DNA of 64,000 bases from a bacterium (GCA_043719155.1 JAYSUJ010000024.1:3424-67423), one strand, 5' to 3'; shown: positions 48,642 to 58,905, counted from the first letter of the stretch. Program-made: numbers and translations. Notes: generated by a model not told the origin, from the letters alone.

Positions 48642-49377
48642 TTGTCATGGTGGCCATACCTTCTTTGTCTATTATATACCCTTCTAAATCATAACCCATT
48701 TTTTTCTTTTCTTCTAAGAAATAAGCCCCTGCTTTCCCCATGGCAAATATAGCGGTCACAAATCTGTCAGCTTCTAAAATATTTTCTGCCACAATGGTCA
48801 CACTTACAATCTCATTTAAACCATCTTGGTAGTTATTTGGATTATATATATGTTCACCTCTGGCATATTTCGCGGACGTAGCCACACCGACATTACATAG
48901 GTTTAAAACTTTAATAATTTCGCCCTCTGGTTGAAATGGATTTTTTATCCCAACTCTCCAATTTTCTCCATCTGAGTTTTTCCCAGAGACTTCTATATCG
49001 CTCCCAATATCTATCAAGAAGTTTTTACAACAATTTTCTCTTAAAATGTTTGCCGCACCATGTATTGCCCAGCCTTTTACCAGACCTGATGGGTCAATTT
49101 TACCATCATCTTTTTTTACATCAAAAAAGTTTTTGGTTTCTGATTTTGTTTTTTCACACAAAGCTAAAACCTCGCACATTTCAGGAGAAAAATTTAATAA
49201 AGATATTTCACCTCTATTTATTTTAGATACTTCACTTGTACTTTTATAGGTTGAAAATTTTTCATCTATCTCCCGCAAATAACTAAAAACTTTAAAAGTT
49301 ATATTTTCAAAATCTACATCCTTGTCTACTATTTCCACCAATACTTGCATGCCCATTATAACTTCAGTTGCTCGCAT
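48616..49377 (-). CDS. apbE: FAD:protein FMN transferase
   Basis: IMG, FSTYK..SEVSKIN, DPSGLVKGWA, WRVGIKNP, VATS, HIYNP, SVTIVA...AD. Confidence 0.9.
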   Translation of the reverse strand: MRATEVIMGMQVLVEIVDKDVDFENITFKVFSYLREIDEKFSTYKSTSEVSKINRGEISLLNFSPEMCEVLALCEKTKSETKNFFDVKKDDGKIDPSGLVKGWAIHGAANILRENCCKNFLIDIGSDIEVSGKNSDGENWRVGIKNPFQPEGEIIKVLNLCNVGVATSAKYARGEHIYNPNNYQDGLNEIVSVTIVAENILEADRFVTAIFAMGKAGAYFLEEKKKMGYDLEGYIIDKEGMATMTSGFQKYVK

Positions 49378-49388
49378 TTTAAGTGGAT

Positions 49389-49820
49389 TTATTTAGCTTG
49401 GGCGAGGGCACTTGTCAATGACTCTACAAAAGCTGGGCTGGTATAAGATGCTCCGGAGACCGCGTCAACATTGGCAGACTGAACCTTTATGGCCTCTTGT
49501 TTTAAGATAGGTAAAGCACTCTGATTTACTTGTCTAGATCGGTCTTGCTCATCAGCATAGGATAAAATTTCCACGTCCACTAAAAACCCATTTTTAATAA
49601 CAGCTGCTACTTGCAATGTCCCATAGTAAGCATCTATAGCCGGACCAGTAAAGGTACCATCTTTCGCAAAACTTCCCCTCGTTGTATTAGCATAAACTTC
49701 AGTAGACTTTTCTATAGAATTTACCACCTCTTCTTCTGAAGGAGAGTACCTATAAAGTGCATAAGTTAAAAAAGTGCTCACCACCAAAATTGATAAAATA
49801 TTTTTCTTAAATAAAACCAT
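49389..49820 (-). CDS. Extracytosolic FMN-binding domain protein
   Basis: DGTFTG and flavinylation motif VDAVSGASYTS; N-terminal anchor. Confidence 0.9.
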   Translation of the reverse strand: MVLFKKNILSILVVSTFLTYALYRYSPSEEEVVNSIEKSTEVYANTTRGSFAKDGTFTGPAIDAYYGTLQVAAVIKNGFLVDVEILSYADEQDRSRQVNQSALPILKQEAIKVQSANVDAVSGASYTSPAFVESLTSALAQAK

Positions 49821-49842
49821 GCTTGTACAGTATAAACTAAAT

Positions 49843-50391
49843 TTATTTTTTTGAATTTATTTTCTGAAAAATTAAAATTAATGAAAGTATAGAGATGGCA
49901 CTGAAGGCTAAAATAGCCATAAGTGGTATGGTTATAAACCCAAATACTAGAATAGAGCTTTCAGTACAGGATGGTGTAAGTCCAACTACCGAGCAAGCCA
50001 TATCTATTTTGTTTCCAAGCACAATATTTTGATAGTGAAAGTAATAATGGTAAGCAGCTATCAGTCCTCCACCCAAAGAAAGCAGTAAAGTCAAAAACTC
50101 TATATCTTTCTTTTTGAAATAAATTGCCCACAAAATAATCGCATCGATGGGAAACATAAAAATTCTCTGCCACCAGCAAAAATCACAGACAGGTGTGTAA
50201 TAAATAAATTGATAAGCCAAAACCGATAGAGTAGAAAAAATTGAGGTGAAGCCGATTAATTTTAAAATAAAAAAATAATCTAAATCCAAGTTTTGCCAAA
50301 ATTTATCTACCAAAAAAATGGTTAGAGAAAACAGAAAAAACAAAACAACCGACACTGAAAGAAAAGTTGAAAATGTATCTACATCTAGCAT
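49843..50391 (-). CDS. Disulfide bond formation protein DsbB/BdbC family
   Basis: CDFCWWQRIF and a second Cys pair; FGFITIP. Confidence 0.88.
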   Translation of the reverse strand: MLDVDTFSTFLSVSVVLFFLFSLTIFLVDKFWQNLDLDYFFILKLIGFTSIFSTLSVLAYQFIYYTPVCDFCWWQRIFMFPIDAIILWAIYFKKKDIEFLTLLLSLGGGLIAAYHYYFHYQNIVLGNKIDMACSVVGLTPSCTESSILVFGFITIPLMAILAFSAISILSLILIFQKINSKK

Positions 50392-50431
50392 ATTTATGTA
50401 ATATAAATTAACTTTAACAGATATCTAATTT

Positions 50432-50752
50432 CTAATCAAATTTAACCGCAGTCCCGATAGCTGTGACTGTAACCATATTGGAAATTTGTGTTTCTATAGA
50501 TACTCCTATAACAGCATCTGCACCAAATCCGACAGCTCTTTCCTCTAACTCTTTCAAACAACCATCTCTGGCGTCTTTTAAAGCATTTTCAAGAGTTGCC
50601 GACCTCCCACCAAAAAAATCTGTAACACTGGCAAATATATCTCTTACTACATTTACTCCAACTATGTTTTCTGCAGTAACTACACCAAGATAATTCAAAT
50701 TATCCTTTCCCTGCAAAACATCTGTTGTAGTAATTAGAATTTTATTCTTCAT
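50432..50752 (-). CDS. YbjQ/UPF0145 family protein
   Basis: ITTTD, RDIFAS..FFGGRS, GADAVIGV, AIGTAV. Confidence 0.92.
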   Translation of the reverse strand: MKNKILITTTDVLQGKDNLNYLGVVTAENIVGVNVVRDIFASVTDFFGGRSATLENALKDARDGCLKELEERAVGFGADAVIGVSIETQISNMVTVTAIGTAVKFD

Positions 50753-50765
50753 ATGAAAGTATTTT

Positions 50766-50963
50766 TTATTTAAAATTTGCTAAAATCTTATTCTGTTCCG
50801 CTAATTGTTTTCTGAAACTGTCCAATTTATTTTTTTGCATTAAATTTTTGTTTTTAATTTTATCCAATATAGCAATTTCTGTAGCTAGTTGATCTATACG
50901 TTTCTGCACATTTTCTTTCTCTAAGTGTGTCTGAGCTCCAAATATCATTCTTGGTTCTGGCAT
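50766..50963 (-). CDS. Small coiled-coil hypothetical protein
   Basis: ATG 50963 just after the DUF1761 stop. Confidence 0.5.
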   Translation of the reverse strand: MPEPRMIFGAQTHLEKENVQKRIDQLATEIAILDKIKNKNLMQKNKLDSFRKQLAEQNKILANFK

Positions 50964-50968
50964 ATAAA

Positions 50969-51394
50969 CTAAATTGACAAAATGTAAGCCGCTATTTGTA
51001 GACCGATAAACGTATAACCTATCATTATTGCAATTTGCTTTGGCCAATAACTTTTTTTAGTGCCACCCCAGATTACTGAGGCAACTTGTATCGGCATCAT
51101 ATAGCCCAACCACATAAAGAAAGCATAGAACTGGGCTGCTACACCCTGCAGGTTACCAAAAGCTAGGTTACTAGCTAAAACAAAAGTAGTGATAATCGTC
51201 AATATCAGTTGCAGACCGTAAAATGGCATCATTTCTTTTTGCATTTTATCCATTTGTTCTTTGGTCCATTTCTCACAATCTTCGTTCATTATTTTCATCC
51301 ACAATTTACCAAACATAAGTGGTGAGTGCCAGACAGCACCTAGTACAAACTGTACTACAACAGCGGCAACAACTAGTGCAAAATTTATTTCCAT
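50969..51394 (-). CDS. DUF1761 membrane protein
   Basis: INFALVVAAV..FVLGAVWHSPLMFGKLWM. Confidence 0.88.
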   Translation of the reverse strand: MEINFALVVAAVVVQFVLGAVWHSPLMFGKLWMKIMNEDCEKWTKEQMDKMQKEMMPFYGLQLILTIITTFVLASNLAFGNLQGVAAQFYAFFMWLGYMMPIQVASVIWGGTKKSYWPKQIAIMIGYTFIGLQIAAYILSI

Positions 51395-51434
51395 ATATTT
51401 ATTCTTTTTTTTAGTCTTTTAAACAAATATAAGT

Positions 51435-52136
51435 CTAACTTACATTTGGTTTTTTCACAAAACGCAAAATAAAACTGGTACCCACATCCTCTACAATTAC
51501 CTGCCCACTTTCTATTTCATTTTTGTAGACAATATTTATAATTTTCAGAAAAATTTTAAATCTTCGCTCTTCTACTTCTAACCTTTTAACAAACTCCAAA
51601 CTAGACCTCATGTTTATAAACTCTAAAAGCTCTGGGTCTGAGTCCACAGCAACCTCTGTCTGACTCAGTTCATTTTTGTACATACCCACCAAAACAAAAG
51701 GCGGCTGCGACTCTAACATTTTTTTATCATATTTATCACTTAAATACTTTCGCAACTTATCCACAATCTCTAAATCATCGGAGTGCTGAAAATAAAAAGC
51801 TTTTACAGATTCGTCAATTGTCAAAATACTATTAAGAATTTTTTTAAGATTTTTGCCGTAAAGTCGCAGATTCATTTGTCCTTGCATATCGGCAAAACCG
51901 TATTCCTCAGTTTTTAAGGAAACTTCCAGGTTAGCATCATTGTCATAAAAGTAAGGAGAAGCCCGAACTACAAAAACAAATCCATGCGAAAGATATTTGT
52001 ACACATAACTCTCCAGCTCTGGTTCTGGGTTATCCACTTTGTACAAAGTGTCTAGACCTAAGCAATCTTCTTGGCTGTCTACATTTTTAACTTCCAACAC
52101 AGCTTCTGGTTTATTTATATCTTCTGGTATTTTCAT
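51435..52136 (-). CDS. Hypothetical protein
   Basis: 233-aa ORF, no motif recognised. Confidence 0.65.
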   Translation of the reverse strand: MKIPEDINKPEAVLEVKNVDSQEDCLGLDTLYKVDNPEPELESYVYKYLSHGFVFVVRASPYFYDNDANLEVSLKTEEYGFADMQGQMNLRLYGKNLKKILNSILTIDESVKAFYFQHSDDLEIVDKLRKYLSDKYDKKMLESQPPFVLVGMYKNELSQTEVAVDSDPELLEFINMRSSLEFVKRLEVEERRFKIFLKIINIVYKNEIESGQVIVEDVGTSFILRFVKKPNVS

Positions 52137-52159
52137 ATAGTGTAGTATGTTTAAAAAAA

Positions 52160-53197
52160 CTATTGGGTTTTTGTAGTTTCCTGTATTCCATATTTAATAC
52201 CCTTGTCCGCCTCGGCGGTCGGCTGAATAAACTTTCCTTTTGCACATTTCTGCACAACATTTACACCTGTTTGTGTCATTTGCATATCAGACGCTTTACA
52301 GTAGGTGCCTGTCGTTGCGTGGAAACCTCCCGCACTCTTAATTACATTTTTCCCTGGGTCTCCTAGCTTTTGTGAGCCCATTGGCATAAGTAAAACAACA
52401 TCCACCTGTTTAGCATTTACTGCTTTAGACTCTCCTCCTTTTGTAGCTTTTTCCACATTACTTTTACCTTTAACAATAGCTCGACACTCTTTTTCCCGAC
52501 CATTGACCACTACACCAGTTTTAGGATCTATTTTAATCGCGCAGCCGATATCCTCTGTTATTTTAAAACTATCTTCCGGTTTAAGTCCTTCACTTGTTCT
52601 CTTGATTAAACTTTCATCCACAGTAGCCCCAGGGTTTTTTGGGTCTTCGGTAATGGCTTTGGTTTTTGCGTTAGCTTCGGCTTTTTCTTGTCCAGTTTTG
52701 TCATAACCACTTTTACCATCTTTATCTTTTACCAATCTACTGATAACTTCTTTCTGATACGCATTAGCAGCATCATCTTTAATGCTTCCTTTTACACCCC
52801 AAAGATTTTTAACAGCATTGAACACAGTATCCATTCTTCGCATTTTTGCTTCTTGGGAATTTTCAGGTTGTTCATTCCAATTTTCTCCATACATTAATTC
52901 CATCCCCTTTTGAACTTCCGGGGAATAGGTATTTCTTCTTTTAACAAGTTCATACTCCTCAGTCCTTGCCCGCTCTTCACTTTTGTAAAAAAAATCACTC
53001 AACCATTGAGAACCCTTGGCTACCCCCATTAAAGACTTACCCGGTGGGGTTACGCCTGCAATTTCTACGGCTGAGCCATAGAAAAGTCCCATCCTGTCAT
53101 CTCTATCAGTATCTGGGTCAGAAAATGAATACACCTGTGCATTCACACTCTCGAGAGTAGATAAAACTGACAGCACGACCAGCAACAGTAATTTCAT
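52160..53197 (-). CDS. Secreted hypothetical protein
   Basis: Signal peptide MKLLLLVVLSVLSTLESVNA; Lys-rich; two Cys pairs. Confidence 0.7.
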   Translation of the reverse strand: MKLLLLVVLSVLSTLESVNAQVYSFSDPDTDRDDRMGLFYGSAVEIAGVTPPGKSLMGVAKGSQWLSDFFYKSEERARTEEYELVKRRNTYSPEVQKGMELMYGENWNEQPENSQEAKMRRMDTVFNAVKNLWGVKGSIKDDAANAYQKEVISRLVKDKDGKSGYDKTGQEKAEANAKTKAITEDPKNPGATVDESLIKRTSEGLKPEDSFKITEDIGCAIKIDPKTGVVVNGREKECRAIVKGKSNVEKATKGGESKAVNAKQVDVVLLMPMGSQKLGDPGKNVIKSAGGFHATTGTYCKASDMQMTQTGVNVVQKCAKGKFIQPTAEADKGIKYGIQETTKTQ

Positions 53198-53303
53198 ATT
53201 TTAATTTTATACAAAGTATACATTAACAATTGGCATATCAAAACAAGTTCATTTTAAAATGAAACAAAATATGCTATAATGTCAAATAAATTATACAAAC
53301 CTT

Positions 53304-54062
53304 ATGGATAAAGACAATACAATTTATATTTTTGGAAAAAATGCAGTACTCGGAGCTCTGGAAAACCGACCAGACACAATAGAAAGAATATTTTTAGAAA
53401 ATGGTAAGAAGTTCGACAAAGATTTTGAAAAGAAGGTTTTAGACTTGGTAGAAAAGAACAAAATCAAGAAAGAAATTGTCTCGACTGGTGACCTGTCAAA
53501 GGAGATGCAAACCTCCAACCATCAAGGAATTTTAGCCAAAGTGCGCATCGACAGCCTGACTGTGGACTTTGACTATTTTTTGGAAAACTTAGAGATAGAT
53601 GCAAATACTTGTGTCCTACTTTTAGGAGAGCTGCAAGACGTACAAAATGTGGGGTCTATCATTCGCTCGGCTACGGCATTTGGCATTGCTGGCATCTTGA
53701 TCCCCGAACATGACCAAGCCCAAGTAACTAGTACAGTGGTAAAGGTTTCTGCAGGGACCGCTTTCTCTATCCCCCTTGTAAAAATAAACAACGTAAACAA
53801 TGCTATCGAAAAATTAAAAGAAAAAAGATTTTGGATCTATGGCTTGGACATGTTTGGTGAAAAAAGTATTTTTGAAGAAAAATATACTGAGGCCACTTGT
53901 TTTGTAATCGGCAATGAAGGAGACGGCATACGCCAGAAAACCAAAGAAGCTTGTGACATGCTTTTAAACATACCCATGTCTCAAAATGCTGAAAGTCTAA
54001 ACGCCTCGGTTTCCACAGCTGTGGCCCTGTACGAGTGGAGAAAGCAGAAGTTGAGTAACTAA
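53304..54062 (+). CDS. rlmB: 23S rRNA (G2251) 2'-O-methyltransferase
   Basis: IFGKNAV, NHQG, QDVQNVGSIIRSA, IGNEGDGI, IPM...ESLNASV. Confidence 0.92.
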   Translation: MDKDNTIYIFGKNAVLGALENRPDTIERIFLENGKKFDKDFEKKVLDLVEKNKIKKEIVSTGDLSKEMQTSNHQGILAKVRIDSLTVDFDYFLENLEIDANTCVLLLGELQDVQNVGSIIRSATAFGIAGILIPEHDQAQVTSTVVKVSAGTAFSIPLVKINNVNNAIEKLKEKRFWIYGLDMFGEKSIFEEKYTEATCFVIGNEGDGIRQKTKEACDMLLNIPMSQNAESLNASVSTAVALYEWRKQKLSN

Positions 54063-54066
54063 AAAA

Positions 54067-56301
54067 TTAGAAACCGAAGTAGTCTCCTAAATTTTCTGTG
54101 TACTGAAAACTTGGTTCTGAATACTGGTCATAGTTTGCAAAAAGTTTGAACTGCAGCTCTACACCTCCTCCAATAATATTCCCAAACTCATCTTTCTGCC
54201 TCTGAACTTCAATTACCATTTTATCAGATAAGCTTTTTTTATCTCCCAATTGAGCAATAAACTCAGCTATTCTTATTTTAACAAGTAAACTTTCCTCTTC
54301 ACTTATGTTATCCAGTAGAACCAACCTTGTTTTATGTTCATTTTTCAAAATTTCTGCCTCCCACAAAATTGCTCTAGAAATACCTCTATCGAGACGGTTC
54401 ATAAAACCAATTAAGCTGGACTTAAAAGCACTAATACTCTTTTCTGTTTTAGGATCTGGGGCTTCTACTCCCTGCCTTGTTAAATACCCCATTACTCGAT
54501 GCAGCCTTGTAACTTTTCTTGGTTTTGGTTCAAAATAAACAAGCAGATCCCCAGTTTCATTGAAACTAATGTCTACCTTTAAATACTTCATTACATTTGT
54601 ATATTCGTAGTTTTCCGGAACATCCGCAAAGTTAAATCTAACATCTTGGAATGCATCAAAAACTTTTACCTGATCCTGCTTACTCAAATCATTGATTTTA
54701 ATCCCTGTAAAATTTGGTTTTGCCGACTCAACAAATCTTGTAAAATCATTTCTTTTTTTGTGATACTCAACATTAAAAGTTTCATCTACCATGAAAGATG
54801 CCCATGGTCTTAATGACTTATAGGAATACCCTACACTACGTTGAATTGGCACAGACAAAAAACTAAATTGTTTTTTACTTAGTTTTTGCATTTCTTTTTC
54901 TCTTTCACCTTCTGGAACTGGTAAAATTAGCTTTTTTAAATTTTGACTTGTTTCTGGAACTATATTATGTAAGATAAAGTTAGCAGCAATTTCAAGACAT
55001 GCCACAGGGTCTGTTGAAACAAACCTAAGAGATTCTCTTATACTAGGGTTGTATAGTTCATGAATCCCATCTGCCATTATGCCCATAGGAACTTGTAATA
55101 TTTTATCAAATGCCGCACTAACAAATTTAAAAGTTTCAGTTTTTTTATAATTTACATCTAAAGTATCGTCTTTAGAGTGTGTATCTGGATGGAGAATTTT
55201 GGCCAAGTCTTTTTTTATTTTGGCCAAGTCTTTGGTATCCGGCACTTCATCTAATACAATTTTGTTCTTTATCTGAGTTTCAGCATCTTGTTTATCTTCA
55301 TCTTCCCCGAACTCGCGAGAGATTTTTAGCCAGCCGAAATTTCCTCCTACTAGCAACTTTTCTTTTGAGCTCATCTCCCAACCCTTGCCAGTATTTTTAG
55401 GTTTGATTATTTTTCCTGTTTCTCTTTCATATGTTACTCTATTTACTTCATCTATAAATCGCCTATACCAAGTCTTGCTTGGGTTTGTTTTGTTCTCACC
55501 TGTAAGTTCCCAGTCTTCAGTAATTGCATTGTGAAAAATTTCTTTATCTATACCAAGACTTTCACCCACATCTGCCAATAACCATGTCAGCTTTGTCAAT
55601 TCTCTAGGGTAAGCAAAGTCAGAAAACTCTGGGTTGCCATGTAAAATAAAGGCAAGAAGTTCTGCGGCGGCTTCATTAGCCCAGACACCACTTTTTTTAA
55701 CTTTTTTTTCTACAACAATTTTATCAGTAGCAGTGTCCCTGCTTTGAGTTGCCACTACCGTTCCTCTTCTTAGACCAACTTTATTTATTACACTAATGGA
55801 TGACTCCCCTCCAACTTGCCTGACTTTTGTATTTGAGCTTTGCCCACTCAATAAATGTTGCATTTCGTGTTTAATATAAAAAATAAAGGACTCTTTACTT
55901 ATATCTCCTGCTTCGTACTCTTTAAGCAGTTCTGGACTTATGTTCAAAACATTTTCAAAAGAATTATATTCTGCACCACCATGTGAGAGGTCCGCTAATA
56001 CAATTTTTAAGCTGAAAATTTTATCAAAATTTTCCAAATATCCTTTGGGTAGATCGCCAGTAGCAACTAGTTTTTTAACGTCGATGATGGCTTTTTCTAA
56101 AGTATCTTTTACTAGAAAATAAACTTTTGGATGACCTTCTTGAAAACTTTTAATAGTACCCTCAACAACTACCACTTCTCCTGTCGGCACCGTTTTAACA
56201 TTTGGCTGTATTTGACTTATCGGCAACTTAGATGGTGTCTTAGATAGAAGGTTAAGGTCAAATCGTGAGTCTAAACTTGGTCCTGCAGGTGTAAATTTCA
56301 T
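54067..56301 (-). CDS. Large hypothetical protein with zincin HExxH motif and J-domain-like HPD segment
   Basis: IKHEMQH...ANEAAAE; KIKKDLAKILHPD...FKFVSAAFDKI. Confidence 0.65.
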   Translation of the reverse strand: MKFTPAGPSLDSRFDLNLLSKTPSKLPISQIQPNVKTVPTGEVVVVEGTIKSFQEGHPKVYFLVKDTLEKAIIDVKKLVATGDLPKGYLENFDKIFSLKIVLADLSHGGAEYNSFENVLNISPELLKEYEAGDISKESFIFYIKHEMQHLLSGQSSNTKVRQVGGESSISVINKVGLRRGTVVATQSRDTATDKIVVEKKVKKSGVWANEAAAELLAFILHGNPEFSDFAYPRELTKLTWLLADVGESLGIDKEIFHNAITEDWELTGENKTNPSKTWYRRFIDEVNRVTYERETGKIIKPKNTGKGWEMSSKEKLLVGGNFGWLKISREFGEDEDKQDAETQIKNKIVLDEVPDTKDLAKIKKDLAKILHPDTHSKDDTLDVNYKKTETFKFVSAAFDKILQVPMGIMADGIHELYNPSIRESLRFVSTDPVACLEIAANFILHNIVPETSQNLKKLILPVPEGEREKEMQKLSKKQFSFLSVPIQRSVGYSYKSLRPWASFMVDETFNVEYHKKRNDFTRFVESAKPNFTGIKINDLSKQDQVKVFDAFQDVRFNFADVPENYEYTNVMKYLKVDISFNETGDLLVYFEPKPRKVTRLHRVMGYLTRQGVEAPDPKTEKSISAFKSSLIGFMNRLDRGISRAILWEAEILKNEHKTRLVLLDNISEEESLLVKIRIAEFIAQLGDKKSLSDKMVIEVQRQKDEFGNIIGGGVELQFKLFANYDQYSEPSFQYTENLGDYFGF

Positions 56302-56333
56302 ATCTCTATCACTTGAGTATACCTAGAATTATT

Positions 56334-58133
56334 TTATATTTCAACCGCCTCCCCATTTTTAATATACTCTTCCCAAGAATTTTTAAACTCAATATTGTTT
56401 TCTAACAAGTACTCAAAACTTCCGTCTGCTACAATTTTACCTTCTTCCATTATCAAAATTCTATCAAAATATTTTAACAAATTCATTTTGTGTATTGAAG
56501 CCAAAATGGTTGCTTCTTTAAAATTATTAAAAATATTTTGATAAATTTTTACTTCGTTGTTTGGGTCAACAGAACTTGTAGATTCGTCCAGCAAAATAAG
56601 TTTTTTATTGCCTGAGAAAAGCAAGGCTCTCGCCAAGGCAAGTCTTTGTTTTTGTCCACCAGACAAGTTTACCCCTTTTTCATTTACTATTGACTCTATT
56701 TTATTTGGCAGAGCCTCGACAACCTCTGAAAACATGGCCATGTCTGTTGCGTTTTTTATCTGTTCATCTGTGAATTCTAAAAGTAGAGTTAAGTTTTCTT
56801 TTATACTTGCGGAAAATACTTCTGGCTCTTGGGGCACAAGAGTAGACAGGATATTTATCTTACCGATTTCGTAATTTTCGAATCTCTTTGTGTCAATTTC
56901 CATGTCTGCTTTTACATTTTCATACATACCATGCAAGACTTTTAAAAGCGTAGACTTGCCACTGCCACTTTCACCTATGACAGCTATCTTTTCCCCGACA
57001 TTAAAACTAAAGTTAAAATCTTTTAAAACTCTAACTTTCTGTCCACTACCTAGATCATAGTCGAAGTTTAAATTCTCAACTTTCACTTTTTTCCAGTCTT
57101 TAAATATTTTTCTTTTACTTATGTTTCTACTTTCAAACTCATCTTCGATGATACTTACATTTTTTATTCTGGCTTTAAAAATCATATACTCTTCATACAT
57201 GCTAGCAAAAGTGTCAAATACTCCATCTAGGTTTGAGAGGTAAACATAGAGTGCACTAATGGTCCCAGCTAAAATTGCAGCCCCAGCTGTATATTGAACG
57301 TAAATGTATAAAGTAAGAGGAAACAAAATCACCACTTGTAAAAGCTGCGAACCTGTAAACCATTTTAATTCTACAAGTTTTTTATTTTTTATGTAAAGCG
57401 GGTACGAAGAAAGCCAAGAAGTGTTTATACTTTCTTGCACTGGGGACTCGATACTTAAAACTTTTACTGTTACCACGTTTGAAATAGAGTCATAGACTTT
57501 GGCTGAGGACCTATTATCAAACACATTCATGGCTCTATACTGAGGCACTAAAATTTTATCAAATCTTGCAATAATATAGAACACAATGAAGAGAAGGGTT
57601 ATGGCAAGCAACGCCACATAAAGGTCAAAGAAAATAAGTATGGCTATGGTGCCTACAGTTCTTACTAGAAATCTTATTATCACGAAAATATTTCGAGAGA
57701 AACCAAACAAGGACTCTGTGGCCTTGTTTACCTTGTCTATCAGGTCGCCCGAATCTCGGTCGGCATGCCAAGCTATAGGCAAACTTAGAACTGCGTTGTA
57801 TAAATATTTTTTGTAGTTTCTGTCTACAAAATACGCCACTCGTCTTTCCATGACTCTGGACGGCCCATGAAAAGCCCATGAAAATAACCTAACCACAAAC
57901 AAACTTGCAATACAAAAATAAATAAATTTTATATTTGCTTGGTTTAGACCATTGGTTTGCAGCTCATTCAAAATTTTGGCAAAAATAATAGGTGGAGTGA
58001 GCCAAATAAGCTGGGCAACAAGCGACATTAAAATAAAAATAATTACCAAATGCCTGTAACCTTTTGCGAACCTCCACATTTTTGAAAATAAAAACACAAC
58101 AGGCTCCTCTTTAAAACTTTTTTTAAAACTCAT
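56334..58133 (-). CDS. ABC transporter, fused TM and ATPase domains (exporter type)
   Basis: GESGSGKST, NLSGGQKQRLALARA, LLDESTSSVD. Confidence 0.93.
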   Translation of the reverse strand: MSFKKSFKEEPVVFLFSKMWRFAKGYRHLVIIFILMSLVAQLIWLTPPIIFAKILNELQTNGLNQANIKFIYFCIASLFVVRLFSWAFHGPSRVMERRVAYFVDRNYKKYLYNAVLSLPIAWHADRDSGDLIDKVNKATESLFGFSRNIFVIIRFLVRTVGTIAILIFFDLYVALLAITLLFIVFYIIARFDKILVPQYRAMNVFDNRSSAKVYDSISNVVTVKVLSIESPVQESINTSWLSSYPLYIKNKKLVELKWFTGSQLLQVVILFPLTLYIYVQYTAGAAILAGTISALYVYLSNLDGVFDTFASMYEEYMIFKARIKNVSIIEDEFESRNISKRKIFKDWKKVKVENLNFDYDLGSGQKVRVLKDFNFSFNVGEKIAVIGESGSGKSTLLKVLHGMYENVKADMEIDTKRFENYEIGKINILSTLVPQEPEVFSASIKENLTLLLEFTDEQIKNATDMAMFSEVVEALPNKIESIVNEKGVNLSGGQKQRLALARALLFSGNKKLILLDESTSSVDPNNEVKIYQNIFNNFKEATILASIHKMNLLKYFDRILIMEEGKIVADGSFEYLLENNIEFKNSWEEYIKNGEAVEI

Positions 58134-58219
58134 ATTTAAACTAGTATAACAGAGATATTTTTTACCATGTCCTTTACAAAAATGTAATTTTGTGTTATAA
58201 AATAATAGGAGGTACCCAG

Positions 58220-58402
58220 ATGAAACTTATCCTAGTTTTACTACCTCTGACTCTACTTGTAGGCTGTGCGAACACCCAAATACAGGTACATGTCCCCAAG
58301 CTCAAGCAATGCCTGGACCTAAACAGCTCCAACATCGGCCTTTGCCAAGAGCAGCCAAAATTTGGGACATCTATCTGGGTTCAGCACACTGTCGAGTTTT
58401 GA
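58220..58402 (+). CDS. Small lipoprotein (GC-richer cassette)
   Basis: AGGAGGT SD at 58207-58213, lipobox LVGC, terminator GGCCGGAAGC-GACA-GCTTCCGGTC plus T-run. Confidence 0.75.
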   Translation: MKLILVLLPLTLLVGCANTQIQVHVPKLKQCLDLNSSNIGLCQEQPKFGTSIWVQHTVEF

Positions 58403-58443
58403 GTCGGGCCGGAAGCGACAGCTTCCGGTCTTTTTTCTTTATT

Positions 58444-58905
58444 TTATTTAATGTCTTTTAAAATTTCTTCCGCGTGTTTTTTTGTGTCAACTTTTCCATA
58501 CACCTTTTCTACCTTCCCTTTTTCGTCAAACAAATAAGAGATTCTGGAGGTGCCAAAATATTTTTTTCCATACATACTTTTTTCTTCCCAGACTCCAAAC
58601 TTTTTTATTATTTCTGTGGATTCATCCGACAGTAAAATAAAATTTAATTTATATTTTTCTTGAAACTTTTTATGACTTTTTACTGAGTCTTTTGAAATGC
58701 CAACTATCTTAACACCCTTATTCTCAAAATTTGTAAAAAAATCCCTAAACCCGCAAGCCTCAGTAGTACAGCCTGGAGTATCGTCTTTTGGATAAAAATA
58801 AATTAGTATTTTTTGTTTTAGTTTTAACAAATTTTTACTACTCACACTTGCTCCGTCTTGGTCTGTTAGCTCAAATTCTGGCATTTTGTCTTTTATTTTT
58901 AACAT
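58444..58905 (-). CDS. bcp: Thioredoxin-dependent peroxiredoxin
   Basis: YFYPKDDTPGCTTEACGFRD, GISKD, KSMYGK. Confidence 0.93.
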   Translation of the reverse strand: MLKIKDKMPEFELTDQDGASVSSKNLLKLKQKILIYFYPKDDTPGCTTEACGFRDFFTNFENKGVKIVGISKDSVKSHKKFQEKYKLNFILLSDESTEIIKKFGVWEEKSMYGKKYFGTSRISYLFDEKGKVEKVYGKVDTKKHAEEILKDIK

